In this document: piece by piece, positions 48,147 to 57,366 of the stretch
Position numbering within the stretch: the stretch's first letter is position 1
How the letters are laid out: each line of letters starts with the position of its first letter
Assembly (NCBI GenBank): GCA_964490075.1
Contig: CAZBBK010000012.1
Location: forward strand, 1 to 64,000
Reading direction: 5' to 3'
DNA: 64,000 nucleotides
Source: an uncultured Gemmatimonadota bacterium
Lineage (GTDB): Bacteria > GCA-2686955
The notes under the pieces: model-generated
Told to the model about the DNA's origin: nothing
Databases searched by the model: none
What the model saw: only the letters and a program-made list of their open reading frames with translations
Translations under genes and position numbers: made by a program

Positions 48147-51100
48147 ATGCGATCCGATTCGACTCGTCATGTGCGAAGCGCCGCGCTGGCGCTGACACTG
48201 ATGTTGGGCACCCAGGCGGCAACGGCCGCGGGGAGCGGCAATGGCCAGGGGCGACCCAATGGAACCCCATGGTGGGCTCCATCCGGTGGCTGGGACATGG
48301 GCGGCTACGGCTCGATCTCTCAGGAGTGGATCGCCACCGTGCCGGGTGCCGGGTTGGGGCAGAGCGGCTTCGTCACCGAGCTGACCCCCGAGATCGTCAA
48401 TTCCGCCACCGGCAATGTGGTGTTGGCTTGTCCCTTGATCTCGCTGCCGGGCGTCGACCGGAGCACCATCACTCTGAGCGCCACCTACAACAGCGCAGAG
48501 GCCTGGTACGACTACGATCCCGGTCCGGCGCTCTACAACTACCTGGGGCTCGGCTGGACCTGTCCCGGTCCGATGTACCTCTACATCAACTCCGAGACCC
48601 CGGAGCTGAGCTATCTGCGACTCGACGACGGAAGCCGCTGTTCCCTGGCAGCGACCGATGAATGCGAACCTCATCTCGAGTGGGTTGTCAAAGGGCGTTT
48701 CTGGGACGTGAGCTTCGACGCCGGCAGCGGCACTTGGAGTGTCTCGGACGACGCACACACCGACAGCTACGTTTTCGATCAGGACGTGGACGAAGATGTC
48801 GTTCCCTACCCACGATCGGGGGAAGCGTTCGTCGCTCTCACCAGAATGAACGACGGCTTCGGGAACAGCTTCTCGATCTCCTACACACGGCTCGAGTACG
48901 CGGGCAACGAAGAAGACGAGACCTGGCTGATTCCGGAGCGCATCGACTACGACACGGGCTGGGCCGTGGCCTACGCGGCCAACGGCGGCGGATATGTAGG
49001 GACGATGGACGTTTTCGCGCCGCAGGCGGGGACGCCCGCCTATAGCGTCGACCTGAGCTACGAATACAAGCTGATCCCGGACTACCCCGACGAGCACGTG
49101 CGCTACGTGCTGGAGGAGATCGAGCTGAGCAACGATCTCGGTGAGCAAACGACTCTCGCGTCGTTCCGCTACGAGACCCAGATGGGCGGCGACACCGGCA
49201 TCATCTCCTACGCCGACGTCGACCGTCGCGGCAAGGCCCATTACGACTACGAGTTCGTCTGGGCGGACGACGACCAGCAGCACTTGGTCGCCCGGCTCCA
49301 ACGCACCTGGACCTACGATGCGCAACGGAGCAAAGTGGATCTGGCTCTCTTCGACTACTCGGATCCGTTGGAGCTACCCGGCTCGACGCCCGTCTACGAG
49401 TCCTCCACTTGCACCCTGCCCTACGATGGACACTCCCTTCGCCACGGCTATGGGCTCTACTTGGCGGGCGAGAGCTCGGTTCCGGTGTGTACCTCGATGG
49501 AGGTCTACCAGGACCAGGATCCCGATCCGCTCGAGATGGTCACCACGGCCTACATCGTGCGACCGGTGACGGACGACGGAGTGGAACACCACCTGGTGCA
49601 GCGGCTGATCGAATCGGTGTCGCGACGGATTGCGGGATCGTCCGACTACGAGGCTCAACTTGCCTGGATCCACAGCAACTGGGTGAGCCCGACCAGCATT
49701 GGAAGGGGTCCGAAGCTTCGTTCCGACGAGATGATCTGGACGGTCACACGGCGCGAAGCCGATGATTCCGATGTGGTAACCTCCTCCTTCGTCGGCGCGG
49801 AAGGGGAGGAGCTCGGGCGCATCGATTTCGAGTACGCACCCGGCGTCAAGCCGATCAGCCGGACCTTGGTGCGACACACTCTCGGCGAGACGACCGAGCT
49901 CGCGACCACCTACTCCTACCAGGGAGAGAACGTCGCCGAATCGATCACGCCCTCGGGCCTGGTCACGCAGTTCGACTATCAGGACCGGACGGTGGCCGGG
50001 GCGGATCTGTCGAGTCTGGGCGCTCTCAGAGCGACGAAGCGAACGCAGCAGCTCGCCGATCGGGAGCTGATCAGCTACCGCGGATTCTCCGAGAATCGCG
50101 GGCGCGTGGAGTTCGACTTGGGGCACAACGGCGCGAGTGCCGGCCTGTATGAGCAATCGATCTACACCGTGAGAGGCGATCTGCACGAGCAGTACAGCTA
50201 CCACGAACGCCAGGGCATCGATCCGGCGACGCGAATCTGGGAAAACGGCCGGAGAGCGGACGGTGAGCTTTCGGTTCTGGAAGACGATAGCTACTTCGCG
50301 CCGATCGCGCATTCGTACAGCAAGCACGGCCGTCTGGTGCGCCGCTACACGAACGATGGAGCACAGGAGAGCCAGGAGCTGCGGGCCTACGACATGACGG
50401 GAAGCGGCAGACTGCTGCGCGTGTATCGCATCCTCGACGCCGCTTTCGACGAGGACGATCCCGACGCGCCCTTCGACGAGTACAGCTACGACGCGCTCGG
50501 GCGGGTGATCGAGATCGCTCACTGGAGCGACGCCACGACCTGGGATTCGTCGGTGCTCTACGAGTACAGCGGCCTGCACGATGTTGTGGTGACGGACGAG
50601 AACGGTCACAGAGAGAGCCGTTTCTACGACAACTGGGGTCGCTTGGTGCGCGTAGAAGAGTCCCCTGACGGCGGTGCCACGCTGCAGCAGACCACCTACG
50701 CCCACGACGCGGCCGGCAACCTGACGGAAAAGGTCGACGCCAAGGGCAACGTCTACCAGTGGGTCTACGACTCCCTCGGCAATATCATCGCGAATCGCAG
50801 TCCGAACACCGAGCCAGCCCAGGAGAACCCCTACGCGCCGGAGCTCGGCGGCTACCATTGCTACTATGTGTACGATTCGACGGGCGAGCTGACGCGGATG
50901 GTCGATGCCGAGCGTGATCTCAGCTACACTTACGATCGGCTCGGCCGCAGGCGAAGCGCGAGCGCGGATGGGCGATCGATCGCCTACGTCTACGATACCT
51001 ACGAGACCATCTCCGAGAAGCCGAGAGACGACGCCTTCGACAACCCTCGAGGGCGCCTGGTGGCGAAGCTGGGACCGGCGATCCATACCTACCTCTACTA

Positions 51101-52814
51101 CGACGTCGAGGGGCGGGTGCGCGAGCAGTGCGTGCGCTATGTCGGCGACGCACTGCCGCCCTTCTGGATCGGCTACCAGTACGATCGGGCCGGGCACCTG
51201 GTGACGATCACCTATCCCGACCCAGAGGCGGAGCAGGTGAGGGTCGAGCTCGATGGACTGCAGCGACCGGTGACGCTCGTCGGCGGCGACGACCAGGTTC
51301 TGGTTGCGCGAAGCTATGGCAACAACATCGACGGCAGCCCCTACGGCCTCGCGGAGCGAGTGGGTGAGTTCTGGTACGGGAGCTGGAATGGCGCGGTCCT
51401 GCACTCGGAGCGGGATCGAGTCGCGGGCATTGGATGTCCTCATTTCCGTGCCGACTATGGTTACGATGCGGCCGGCAATCTGCTCTATGACACCTCGTAT
51501 TGGTACGATTACCACGAGCAGATGTACCATTACGACGATTGCGACCGCTTGCTTTCGGCGACCTACGACGAAGGTTCGCACAACCGTGGCTACGGCTACG
51601 ATGCGAGCGGGAACCGAACTCTGCTGGAGATCGACGGCGCGAGCTTCGATTACACCATCGGTCTCGGCAGCGACCGCCTGGAGAAGGTCGAGCGCCAAGG
51701 TGAGCTGATTCGCGGCTTCGAGTACGACGACGCGGGTCGTACCTCTCGGATCGTCGACCATGAGTCGGGCGCTACCCTCTCCTATCAGTGGGACGAGCTG
51801 GCGAACCGTATTGCCAAGGTCGAGCGCCGCGAGGCCGACGAGCTGACGGTGGTCGCCGACTACGGCTACGATGCCGCCGGGCGGCGGGTCTCGAGCGTGG
51901 TCCGGAACCGCGCCGAGGGTACCAAAACCACGACCTGGCATCTGCGTGCTTCGACGGGCGATCTGCTCTTCGAGCTCAGGGCGCACCAGATCATGGTACC
52001 GCTGGAACCGCAGATATCCGCAGCCCGCTACAATCAACGAGGTGGAAGGGGCAAGCGCGGGGCCGGCAACTCGACCGACTGGAAACGGACCAAGTATTAC
52101 TTTCTGGGAGGAGAACGAGTCGCGAGCCGCAGCGCCGGCGAGGTGCGCTACATCCTGAACGATCGTCTGGGCAGTGCGCGGGTGGTCTGCGCCGCAGACG
52201 GATCGCCGACGGCCTATGACTATCATCCCTTCGGCGACCTGATCGATGGAGGCGACGCAATCGAAGACCGTTTCTTGTTCACGGGTGGCGAGTACGACGC
52301 CATGACCGAGGACTACCACCTGTCGGCGCGTCAGTACCTCCCACGGCTCGGGCGTTTTCTGTCGCTCGAGTCGACGCCCGGGCGCACCAGTCCCTATGCC
52401 TTCCGGAGCGACAATCCCCTCGACGACTCGGGCGCGACCGAAGACCCGGTGACGCCGGCGGCGAAGCAGGACGAAGAGAGCGACGTTCCGGAAGGTCGGT
52501 CCACGATTCGACCCCGCTGGGAGGATGGGCTCGCTCCGTTGCATGCCGCGGTCGAGGAGCGCGACCGATCGTGCTTCCACTGCTTCAAGCAGCGGCCCGA
52601 TCCCCCCGATCTCAGAGGCACCCACATGTGGTACCGGCTGCGCCGCGACAGGAGACCCCCGGACCAGGAGTACACCTGTCTGCCGTCGCCGGGATGGGGA
52701 AAGGGACGCAAGTGGTTCTTCAACGGGGGCTACGACAACTGGGGTGACGATTGGCTGCCGATGCCCACGTTGGAGGAGCTCGAGGAGGATGGCTACTGGG
52801 ATCGGCCAAGGTGA
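48147..52814 (+). CDS. RHS/YD-repeat protein with Sec signal peptide
   Basis: GGGAGG RBS; MRSDSTRHVRSAALALTLMLGTQAATA; many YD repeats (YDALGR, YDNWGR, YDAAGN); core end DRLGSAR...YDYHPFG...FTGGEYD...ARQYLPRLGRFLS. Confidence 0.92.
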   Translation: MRSDSTRHVRSAALALTLMLGTQAATAAGSGNGQGRPNGTPWWAPSGGWDMGGYGSISQEWIATVPGAGLGQSGFVTELTPEIVNSATGNVVLACPLISLPGVDRSTITLSATYNSAEAWYDYDPGPALYNYLGLGWTCPGPMYLYINSETPELSYLRLDDGSRCSLAATDECEPHLEWVVKGRFWDVSFDAGSGTWSVSDDAHTDSYVFDQDVDEDVVPYPRSGEAFVALTRMNDGFGNSFSISYTRLEYAGNEEDETWLIPERIDYDTGWAVAYAANGGGYVGTMDVFAPQAGTPAYSVDLSYEYKLIPDYPDEHVRYVLEEIELSNDLGEQTTLASFRYETQMGGDTGIISYADVDRRGKAHYDYEFVWADDDQQHLVARLQRTWTYDAQRSKVDLALFDYSDPLELPGSTPVYESSTCTLPYDGHSLRHGYGLYLAGESSVPVCTSMEVYQDQDPDPLEMVTTAYIVRPVTDDGVEHHLVQRLIESVSRRIAGSSDYEAQLAWIHSNWVSPTSIGRGPKLRSDEMIWTVTRREADDSDVVTSSFVGAEGEELGRIDFEYAPGVKPISRTLVRHTLGETTELATTYSYQGENVAESITPSGLVTQFDYQDRTVAGADLSSLGALRATKRTQQLADRELISYRGFSENRGRVEFDLGHNGASAGLYEQSIYTVRGDLHEQYSYHERQGIDPATRIWENGRRADGELSVLEDDSYFAPIAHSYSKHGRLVRRYTNDGAQESQELRAYDMTGSGRLLRVYRILDAAFDEDDPDAPFDEYSYDALGRVIEIAHWSDATTWDSSVLYEYSGLHDVVVTDENGHRESRFYDNWGRLVRVEESPDGGATLQQTTYAHDAAGNLTEKVDAKGNVYQWVYDSLGNIIANRSPNTEPAQENPYAPELGGYHCYYVYDSTGELTRMVDAERDLSYTYDRLGRRRSASADGRSIAYVYDTYETISEKPRDDAFDNPRGRLVAKLGPAIHTYLYYDVEGRVREQCVRYVGDALPPFWIGYQYDRAGHLVTITYPDPEAEQVRVELDGLQRPVTLVGGDDQVLVARSYGNNIDGSPYGLAERVGEFWYGSWNGAVLHSERDRVAGIGCPHFRADYGYDAAGNLLYDTSYWYDYHEQMYHYDDCDRLLSATYDEGSHNRGYGYDASGNRTLLEIDGASFDYTIGLGSDRLEKVERQGELIRGFEYDDAGRTSRIVDHESGATLSYQWDELANRIAKVERREADELTVVADYGYDAAGRRVSSVVRNRAEGTKTTTWHLRASTGDLLFELRAHQIMVPLEPQISAARYNQRGGRGKRGAGNSTDWKRTKYYFLGGERVASRSAGEVRYILNDRLGSARVVCAADGSPTAYDYHPFGDLIDGGDAIEDRFLFTGGEYDAMTEDYHLSARQYLPRLGRFLSLESTPGRTSPYAFRSDNPLDDSGATEDPVTPAAKQDEESDVPEGRSTIRPRWEDGLAPLHAAVEERDRSCFHCFKQRPDPPDLRGTHMWYRLRRDRRPPDQEYTCLPSPGWGKGRKWFFNGGYDNWGDDWLPMPTLEELEEDGYWDRPR

Positions 52815-52844
52815 GCGGAGGGTGGATTCCGGCGTGAGCGGACG

Positions 52845-52876
52845 GATGCCCCGGAGACCCGCAGCTCCGGGGCATC
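52845..52876 (+). terminator. GC-rich hairpin after the RHS gene
   Basis: GATGCCCCGGAG-N8-CTCCGGGGCATC, perfect 12-bp stem, no clear U-tract. Confidence 0.55.
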
Positions 52877-52942
52877 TCGTCGTGACGGATGTTGGACAAG
52901 GTGTACACTGTCCCCAGAACGACAAGCGACCGGAGCCCCACC

Positions 52943-53365
52943 ATGAGCATCATCCCCTGCACTCTCGAGCAGCGCGATTCGACCCTGCGCCATCGCTTCC
53001 GGCTCGATCGGGGTCTGCCGGTCGAGCTCAGGAACTTCCTCAGCTTCCGCGGGGCGGAGGTCGATCTCGAGGAGACCTACCAGCGTAAGAGCAGCGAGCC
53101 CCGCGCCCTGCTCGCCGCCGCGATCCGCGACCAGCGAGTCCTCGTGACTTTCGAGCACGGCCCCTGGCGACTGCCGAGCGACAAGCGGGCCAAGCGTGCG
53201 GGCGTCGTGGTGCTGCGCCTGGGCGACCGGGGCTGGGCCGCGGTCGAGAGGGCGGTGCTGCGGCTGCTCGACCGCTTCGAGCCCGGAACCCTGGCCGGTG
53301 CCGTCACCCAGGTCGGAGAGGCCGCGATCGAACGCCAGCAACCGGTCTCCGCCGGCCGGGAGTAG
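52943..53365 (+). CDS. DUF5615/VapC45-like PIN-fold protein, degenerate
   Basis: [21 protein letters not shown]...[17 protein letters not shown]...GVVVLRL follows the DUF5615 pattern. Confidence 0.6.
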   Translation: MSIIPCTLEQRDSTLRHRFRLDRGLPVELRNFLSFRGAEVDLEETYQRKSSEPRALLAAAIRDQRVLVTFEHGPWRLPSDKRAKRAGVVVLRLGDRGWAAVERAVLRLLDRFEPGTLAGAVTQVGEAAIERQQPVSAGRE

Positions 53366-53396
53366 CGGCTCCGCACCCGAAACCGATCTGCCACCC

Positions 53397-54821
53397 ATGT
53401 CCCCCATCCCCACGGTCCCCGACCCCGACGTCCCCGCCCCCACCGCCTCCGATGACGACTTCGCGGCGCCGATCGTCGCCGTCGTCGGGCGCCCGAACGT
53501 CGGCAAGTCGACCCTCTTCAACCGCATCCTCGGTCGCCGCCACGCCATCGTGCACGACGAGCCCGGCGTCACCCGGGACCGGCTCTTCTGCGACGCCGAG
53601 TGGGCCGGCCGCCGCTTCACCCTGGTCGACACCGGCGGTCTGGTCCCCGATTCGCCGCTGCCGATGGAGCAGCTCATCAACTACCAGGTGGCGCAGGCGA
53701 TCGACGCCGCCGACGTGCTGCTTTTGCTGGTCGACGTCCAGGTCGGCCCGGCGATCGGGGACGAGGGAGTCGCCCGCCTACTGCTCGACACCGGCCGCCC
53801 GGTGCTCTTGGCCGCCAACAAGTCGGATCACGAGGGATTGGCGGTCGACGCCAACGCCTACTGGTCGCTCGGCCTGGGCACGCCCCATGCGGTCTCGGCG
53901 ACCCACGGTCGCGGCATCGGCGACCTGCTCGATGCGCTGGTGGCCGCCTTCCCCGAGCGCGCTCGCCTCGGCCGCGCGGTGCCGCCCGGGGTGCCGCGGA
54001 TCGCCATCATCGGCCGTCCCAACGTCGGCAAATCGTCGCTGGTCAATGCCCTGACCGGCGAGGAGACCGCCATCGTCAGCGAGATTCCGGGCACCACCCG
54101 CGACGCCGTCGACACCTTGGTGGAGCTCGACGGTCGCCCCTACCTCTTCATCGATACCGCCGGTCTCAGGCGCCGAGGCAAGATCGCCCGCGGCGTCGAG
54201 CATTTCTCCACCCTGCGCACCATCGCCGCGATTCAGCGCTGCGAAGTGGTGTGCGCTCTGATCGACGCCGAGGCCGGCGTCACCGCGCAGGACCTGCGGG
54301 TGGCGGCGCTGGCCGCCGATTCGGGACGCGGCGTGGTGCTGGTCGCCAACAAGTGGGATTTGGTGTCGACCGAGCCCGGTTTCAGCAAGGAGTTCGAACT
54401 GGAGCTGCGGCGCCGCCTGCGCTTCTTGCACTACGCCACCCTGGAACGTACCTCGGCCCTCACCGGCCGCCGGGTGACCCGGCTGAACCGGGCGATCGAC
54501 CGCGTCCACACCCAGTTTCACCGCCGCATCCCAACCGCCGAGCTCAACCGCGCGGTCGAGGCGGCGACCCGCCGCAACCCCCCGCCGGCGGTCAAGGGCA
54601 AGCAGATCCGCGTGCTCTACGCGGCCCAGGTCGGCGTGGCCCCGCAGCGTTTCGTCTGCTTCATGAGCTCGCGCATCGCCCTGCCCGAGTCCTACCACCG
54701 CTACCTGAACAACCGTCTGCGCGCCGAGTTTGGCTTCGAAGGCGTGCCCCTGGGGCTCCAGCTCCGCTACCGGCCCGCCAGGGGGGAGCGGCGCGGGGAC
54801 GACAGGGCGATGCAGCAGTAG
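53397..54821 (+). CDS. der: Ribosome biogenesis GTPase Der (EngA)
   Basis: Two G domains: GRPNVGKS x2, PGVTRD/PGTTRD, DTGG/DTAG, NKSD/NKWD; KH-like C-terminus. Confidence 0.98.
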   Translation: MSPIPTVPDPDVPAPTASDDDFAAPIVAVVGRPNVGKSTLFNRILGRRHAIVHDEPGVTRDRLFCDAEWAGRRFTLVDTGGLVPDSPLPMEQLINYQVAQAIDAADVLLLLVDVQVGPAIGDEGVARLLLDTGRPVLLAANKSDHEGLAVDANAYWSLGLGTPHAVSATHGRGIGDLLDALVAAFPERARLGRAVPPGVPRIAIIGRPNVGKSSLVNALTGEETAIVSEIPGTTRDAVDTLVELDGRPYLFIDTAGLRRRGKIARGVEHFSTLRTIAAIQRCEVVCALIDAEAGVTAQDLRVAALAADSGRGVVLVANKWDLVSTEPGFSKEFELELRRRLRFLHYATLERTSALTGRRVTRLNRAIDRVHTQFHRRIPTAELNRAVEAATRRNPPPAVKGKQIRVLYAAQVGVAPQRFVCFMSSRIALPESYHRYLNNRLRAEFGFEGVPLGLQLRYRPARGERRGDDRAMQQ

Positions 54822-54828
54822 CGCTGCC

Positions 54829-56103
54829 TCAGCGCCGCCGCCGCACTCCGCGTCGCGCCGCCGCCCCGGCATCCAGATCGAGCACCACCACGGCGTGCTC
54901 GCCGAGCGCCAGATCGATCGTCTCCACCGCTTCGTCACCCCCCTTGCTGGCGGTGATTCGCCACTGGCCGGCGGCCACCATGCGGAACTCGTGCACGCCG
55001 CTGACCGGCGTGACGGCGGTCTGTAGCGCGGCCGGGGAGGGCGACTGTCGCTCGATCTCGAGATCGGCGTTGTTGACCAGGTTCGAGCCTCGCATCACCG
55101 TGCAGTGGATGCGCCCGTTCGACCAGGGCTCGTGGCCGTCGTTCACCGTCATGCGGTCCAGGTCGACGCGCGTGCAGTAGGGAATGTACTCCTTGTAGTT
55201 CATGCAGATGTCGTAGACCTCGTCGATCTTGCTGTCCTGGTTGGCGTAGTCGACCTCGAGCACCAGGCCGAAGCCCCAGGGGCCGGCCGTCAAGTAACGA
55301 TCGAGATTCTCCTCGGTCCACATCCGATCGTTGTCGCTGGTGCGCTGGTTGGTCGCCATGAAGTACGTCTCTTCCTTGCCGATGCCGTTGACGCCGGCGA
55401 GGTACTCCGGATGGTCCTCGGCGATCTCTTCGGCGTTCTGCGGGAAGATCGCGAAATCGTTGCCCATGGCGGCGCGCGAGTAGGCGGCGATCGCCAGCAC
55501 CAGGTCGACCATCGCCTGCCGGGCCGGGGCCAGACCGCCCAGCTCCTGGCGTGCGTAGGACTCGTAGTAGGAATCGACCAGGTCGAGGTAGATCCCGTCG
55601 AAGCCCTGGGCCAGGATTCGATCCAGGTAGGCGTCCGGGGAGCCGAGGAGGATCGCCTGCCACTCCGGCTCCCAGTACTTCACCTTGTAGTTGCCGGGCC
55701 AGTCGGGGTTTTCCTCGACGATGAAGTCGGGGTTGCCGACCTGCCACCAGGGCTCCCAGTAGAAGCGGTAGTCCTCGGCCTCCCCGATCGACAAGTAGGC
55801 GACCATGCGCCGCGGGCCGTTCGCGCCCTTGCGCGCGGCGTCGATCTCGGCCGCGTTCCACTCGGTCAGTTCGGTGCCGTCGGACGAGTAGTCGATCACC
55901 GCCAGGTCGAAGTGGCTGGAGCCGATCTCGTTCAGATTGTCGCCGCTGTAGCCCTGAAGCTGATAGGTCCAGGTCTCGACATCGGACCAGGCGCGCTCCG
56001 CGGGCGGCGCCGGATGCTCGATCGGGGTTGCGGGCGTGCCCTCGATGGCAGCCGCGCAGGGGGCCAGCAGCAGGGCGGCGAGGAGGGTGGCGATGGGGCG
56101 CAT
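54829..56103 (-). CDS. GH114-like / TM1410-MJ1477-family secreted glycoside hydrolase
   Basis: WTYQLQ, AYLSIGEAEDYRFYW, ENPDWPGNY, GFDGIYLDLVDSY, PQNAEE, GIGKEE. Confidence 0.88.
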   Translation of the reverse strand: MRPIATLLAALLLAPCAAAIEGTPATPIEHPAPPAERAWSDVETWTYQLQGYSGDNLNEIGSSHFDLAVIDYSSDGTELTEWNAAEIDAARKGANGPRRMVAYLSIGEAEDYRFYWEPWWQVGNPDFIVEENPDWPGNYKVKYWEPEWQAILLGSPDAYLDRILAQGFDGIYLDLVDSYYESYARQELGGLAPARQAMVDLVLAIAAYSRAAMGNDFAIFPQNAEEIAEDHPEYLAGVNGIGKEETYFMATNQRTSDNDRMWTEENLDRYLTAGPWGFGLVLEVDYANQDSKIDEVYDICMNYKEYIPYCTRVDLDRMTVNDGHEPWSNGRIHCTVMRGSNLVNNADLEIERQSPSPAALQTAVTPVSGVHEFRMVAAGQWRITASKGGDEAVETIDLALGEHAVVVLDLDAGAAARRGVRRRR

Positions 56104-56265
56104 GGGAGAGCTCCGCGGGGATACGACGGAAAGGACGGAGGGCGGGCGTGTCACACGCCGGCCACCACGAAATCGTAACGCGATCTCGGATGCGGTGGGC
56201 GCTTCGCTGCGAAGCCTCCGCTCCAGCACCCTTCCCGACGCGCCCCGGATCGGCGATCATCCCCC

Positions 56266-57366
56266 ATGCTCCGCGCCACCCGACCCCGCGTTCCCAGCGC
56301 CACGCCCTGCGCGTTCCTCGTGCTCCTCTGCGCCTCGATCTGCCTGTCCCAGCGCGCGGCGGCCGCTGATCCGGCCGACGCCACGCCCACCGCGGCGGTA
56401 CGCATCGGCTACTTCCTCGGGGGCAAGACCTACGCCTTTCACCGCGCCTTCAGCGCCGGGGCTCTGGAGAGCGGCGGGGACTCGCTGACCCTGCTCAGCA
56501 AGTACCTGGACGGGGGCGAGTTCGTGCCGGTGCCGAAGGATCCGTGGCGGCTGCGGGCAATGCGTGACCAGGGCAAGTTCGGCAAGCTCTCCGGGGTCGA
56601 GGTGGCGCGCGCCATCGCGGCGGGCGAGGTCGACGGCGGCACGGTGGGGGAATCGTCCTTCATCCAGGCGGCGGTCGCCGGGCGGCCGATCGTCGCAGTG
56701 GCGCGGCTGCAGCACGACCAGCGGGAGAGACCCGCCAAGGCGATCGTGCTGCGGAGCGGTATCGAGATCTCCAGCCCCGCAGACTTCGCGGGATTGACCC
56801 TGGCGGCGCGCCGCGGCGGTCCCGGCGAGGAGATGATGCTCCAGGAGTTTCTGAGCGGCCTGGGCATCGACTGGCGCCGCCGGGTGCGCCTGCGCACCCA
56901 GGTCAGCGAGAGAGATTTCGAGAACCTGCTGGCGCGCGGCGAGATCGACGGCGGCCTGCTGCACGTGACGACGATTCAACGAGTGTTGCGTGACGGCACA
57001 GGGACCATCCACCGGCGCATGGACTGGATCGATCCCGAGCTCTCGCAGGGTCTGTTGGTGTTTCACCGCGACTTCGTCGCCGCCCACCCGCGCACCGTGC
57101 GGCGTATCGTAGCAGGTTACGCCGCCCACGCCCGCCACGAGTCCGCTCTGCCCGCCCATAGCCCCGAGCTGCTGCTCCCGCTCCTGGTCGAGCACCGAGT
57201 GCCCGGCATGGACCTGCCGCGTGCCGCCTCGCCGCCGCTGCCGCGTTTGGCCCTGCTCGAAGAGGCCCAGCGCCTGCTCCTCAAGCACGGCCACATCGAA
57301 TCCGCGGTCGATCTCGGTCCCTTCGTCGACGCCTCTTTCGCGAGCATTCTCGGCGCCACCCGGTGA
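56266..57366 (+). CDS. NMT1/SsuA-like substrate-binding protein
   Basis: Signal peptide; AIAAGEVDGG, ISSPADFAGLTLA, LARGEIDGG, FHRDFVAAHPRTVRR. Confidence 0.78.
   Translation: MLRATRPRVPSATPCAFLVLLCASICLSQRAAAADPADATPTAAVRIGYFLGGKTYAFHRAFSAGALESGGDSLTLLSKYLDGGEFVPVPKDPWRLRAMRDQGKFGKLSGVEVARAIAAGEVDGGTVGESSFIQAAVAGRPIVAVARLQHDQRERPAKAIVLRSGIEISSPADFAGLTLAARRGGPGEEMMLQEFLSGLGIDWRRRVRLRTQVSERDFENLLARGEIDGGLLHVTTIQRVLRDGTGTIHRRMDWIDPELSQGLLVFHRDFVAAHPRTVRRIVAGYAAHARHESALPAHSPELLLPLLVEHRVPGMDLPRAASPPLPRLALLEEAQRLLLKHGHIESAVDLGPFVDASFASILGATR

Noticed and set aside
47318-52670. PPDQE shared by the small secreted protein and the RHS tail
   Set aside because: Five residues with different codons in Pro/acidic-rich sequence; compatible with chance.
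49374-52925. Long antisense and alternate-frame ORFs (e.g. 1183 aa here, 864 aa at 1212-3806, 692 aa at 12453-14531)
   Set aside because: Shadow ORFs opposite well-supported genes, expected in high-GC DNA; no recognisable motifs.
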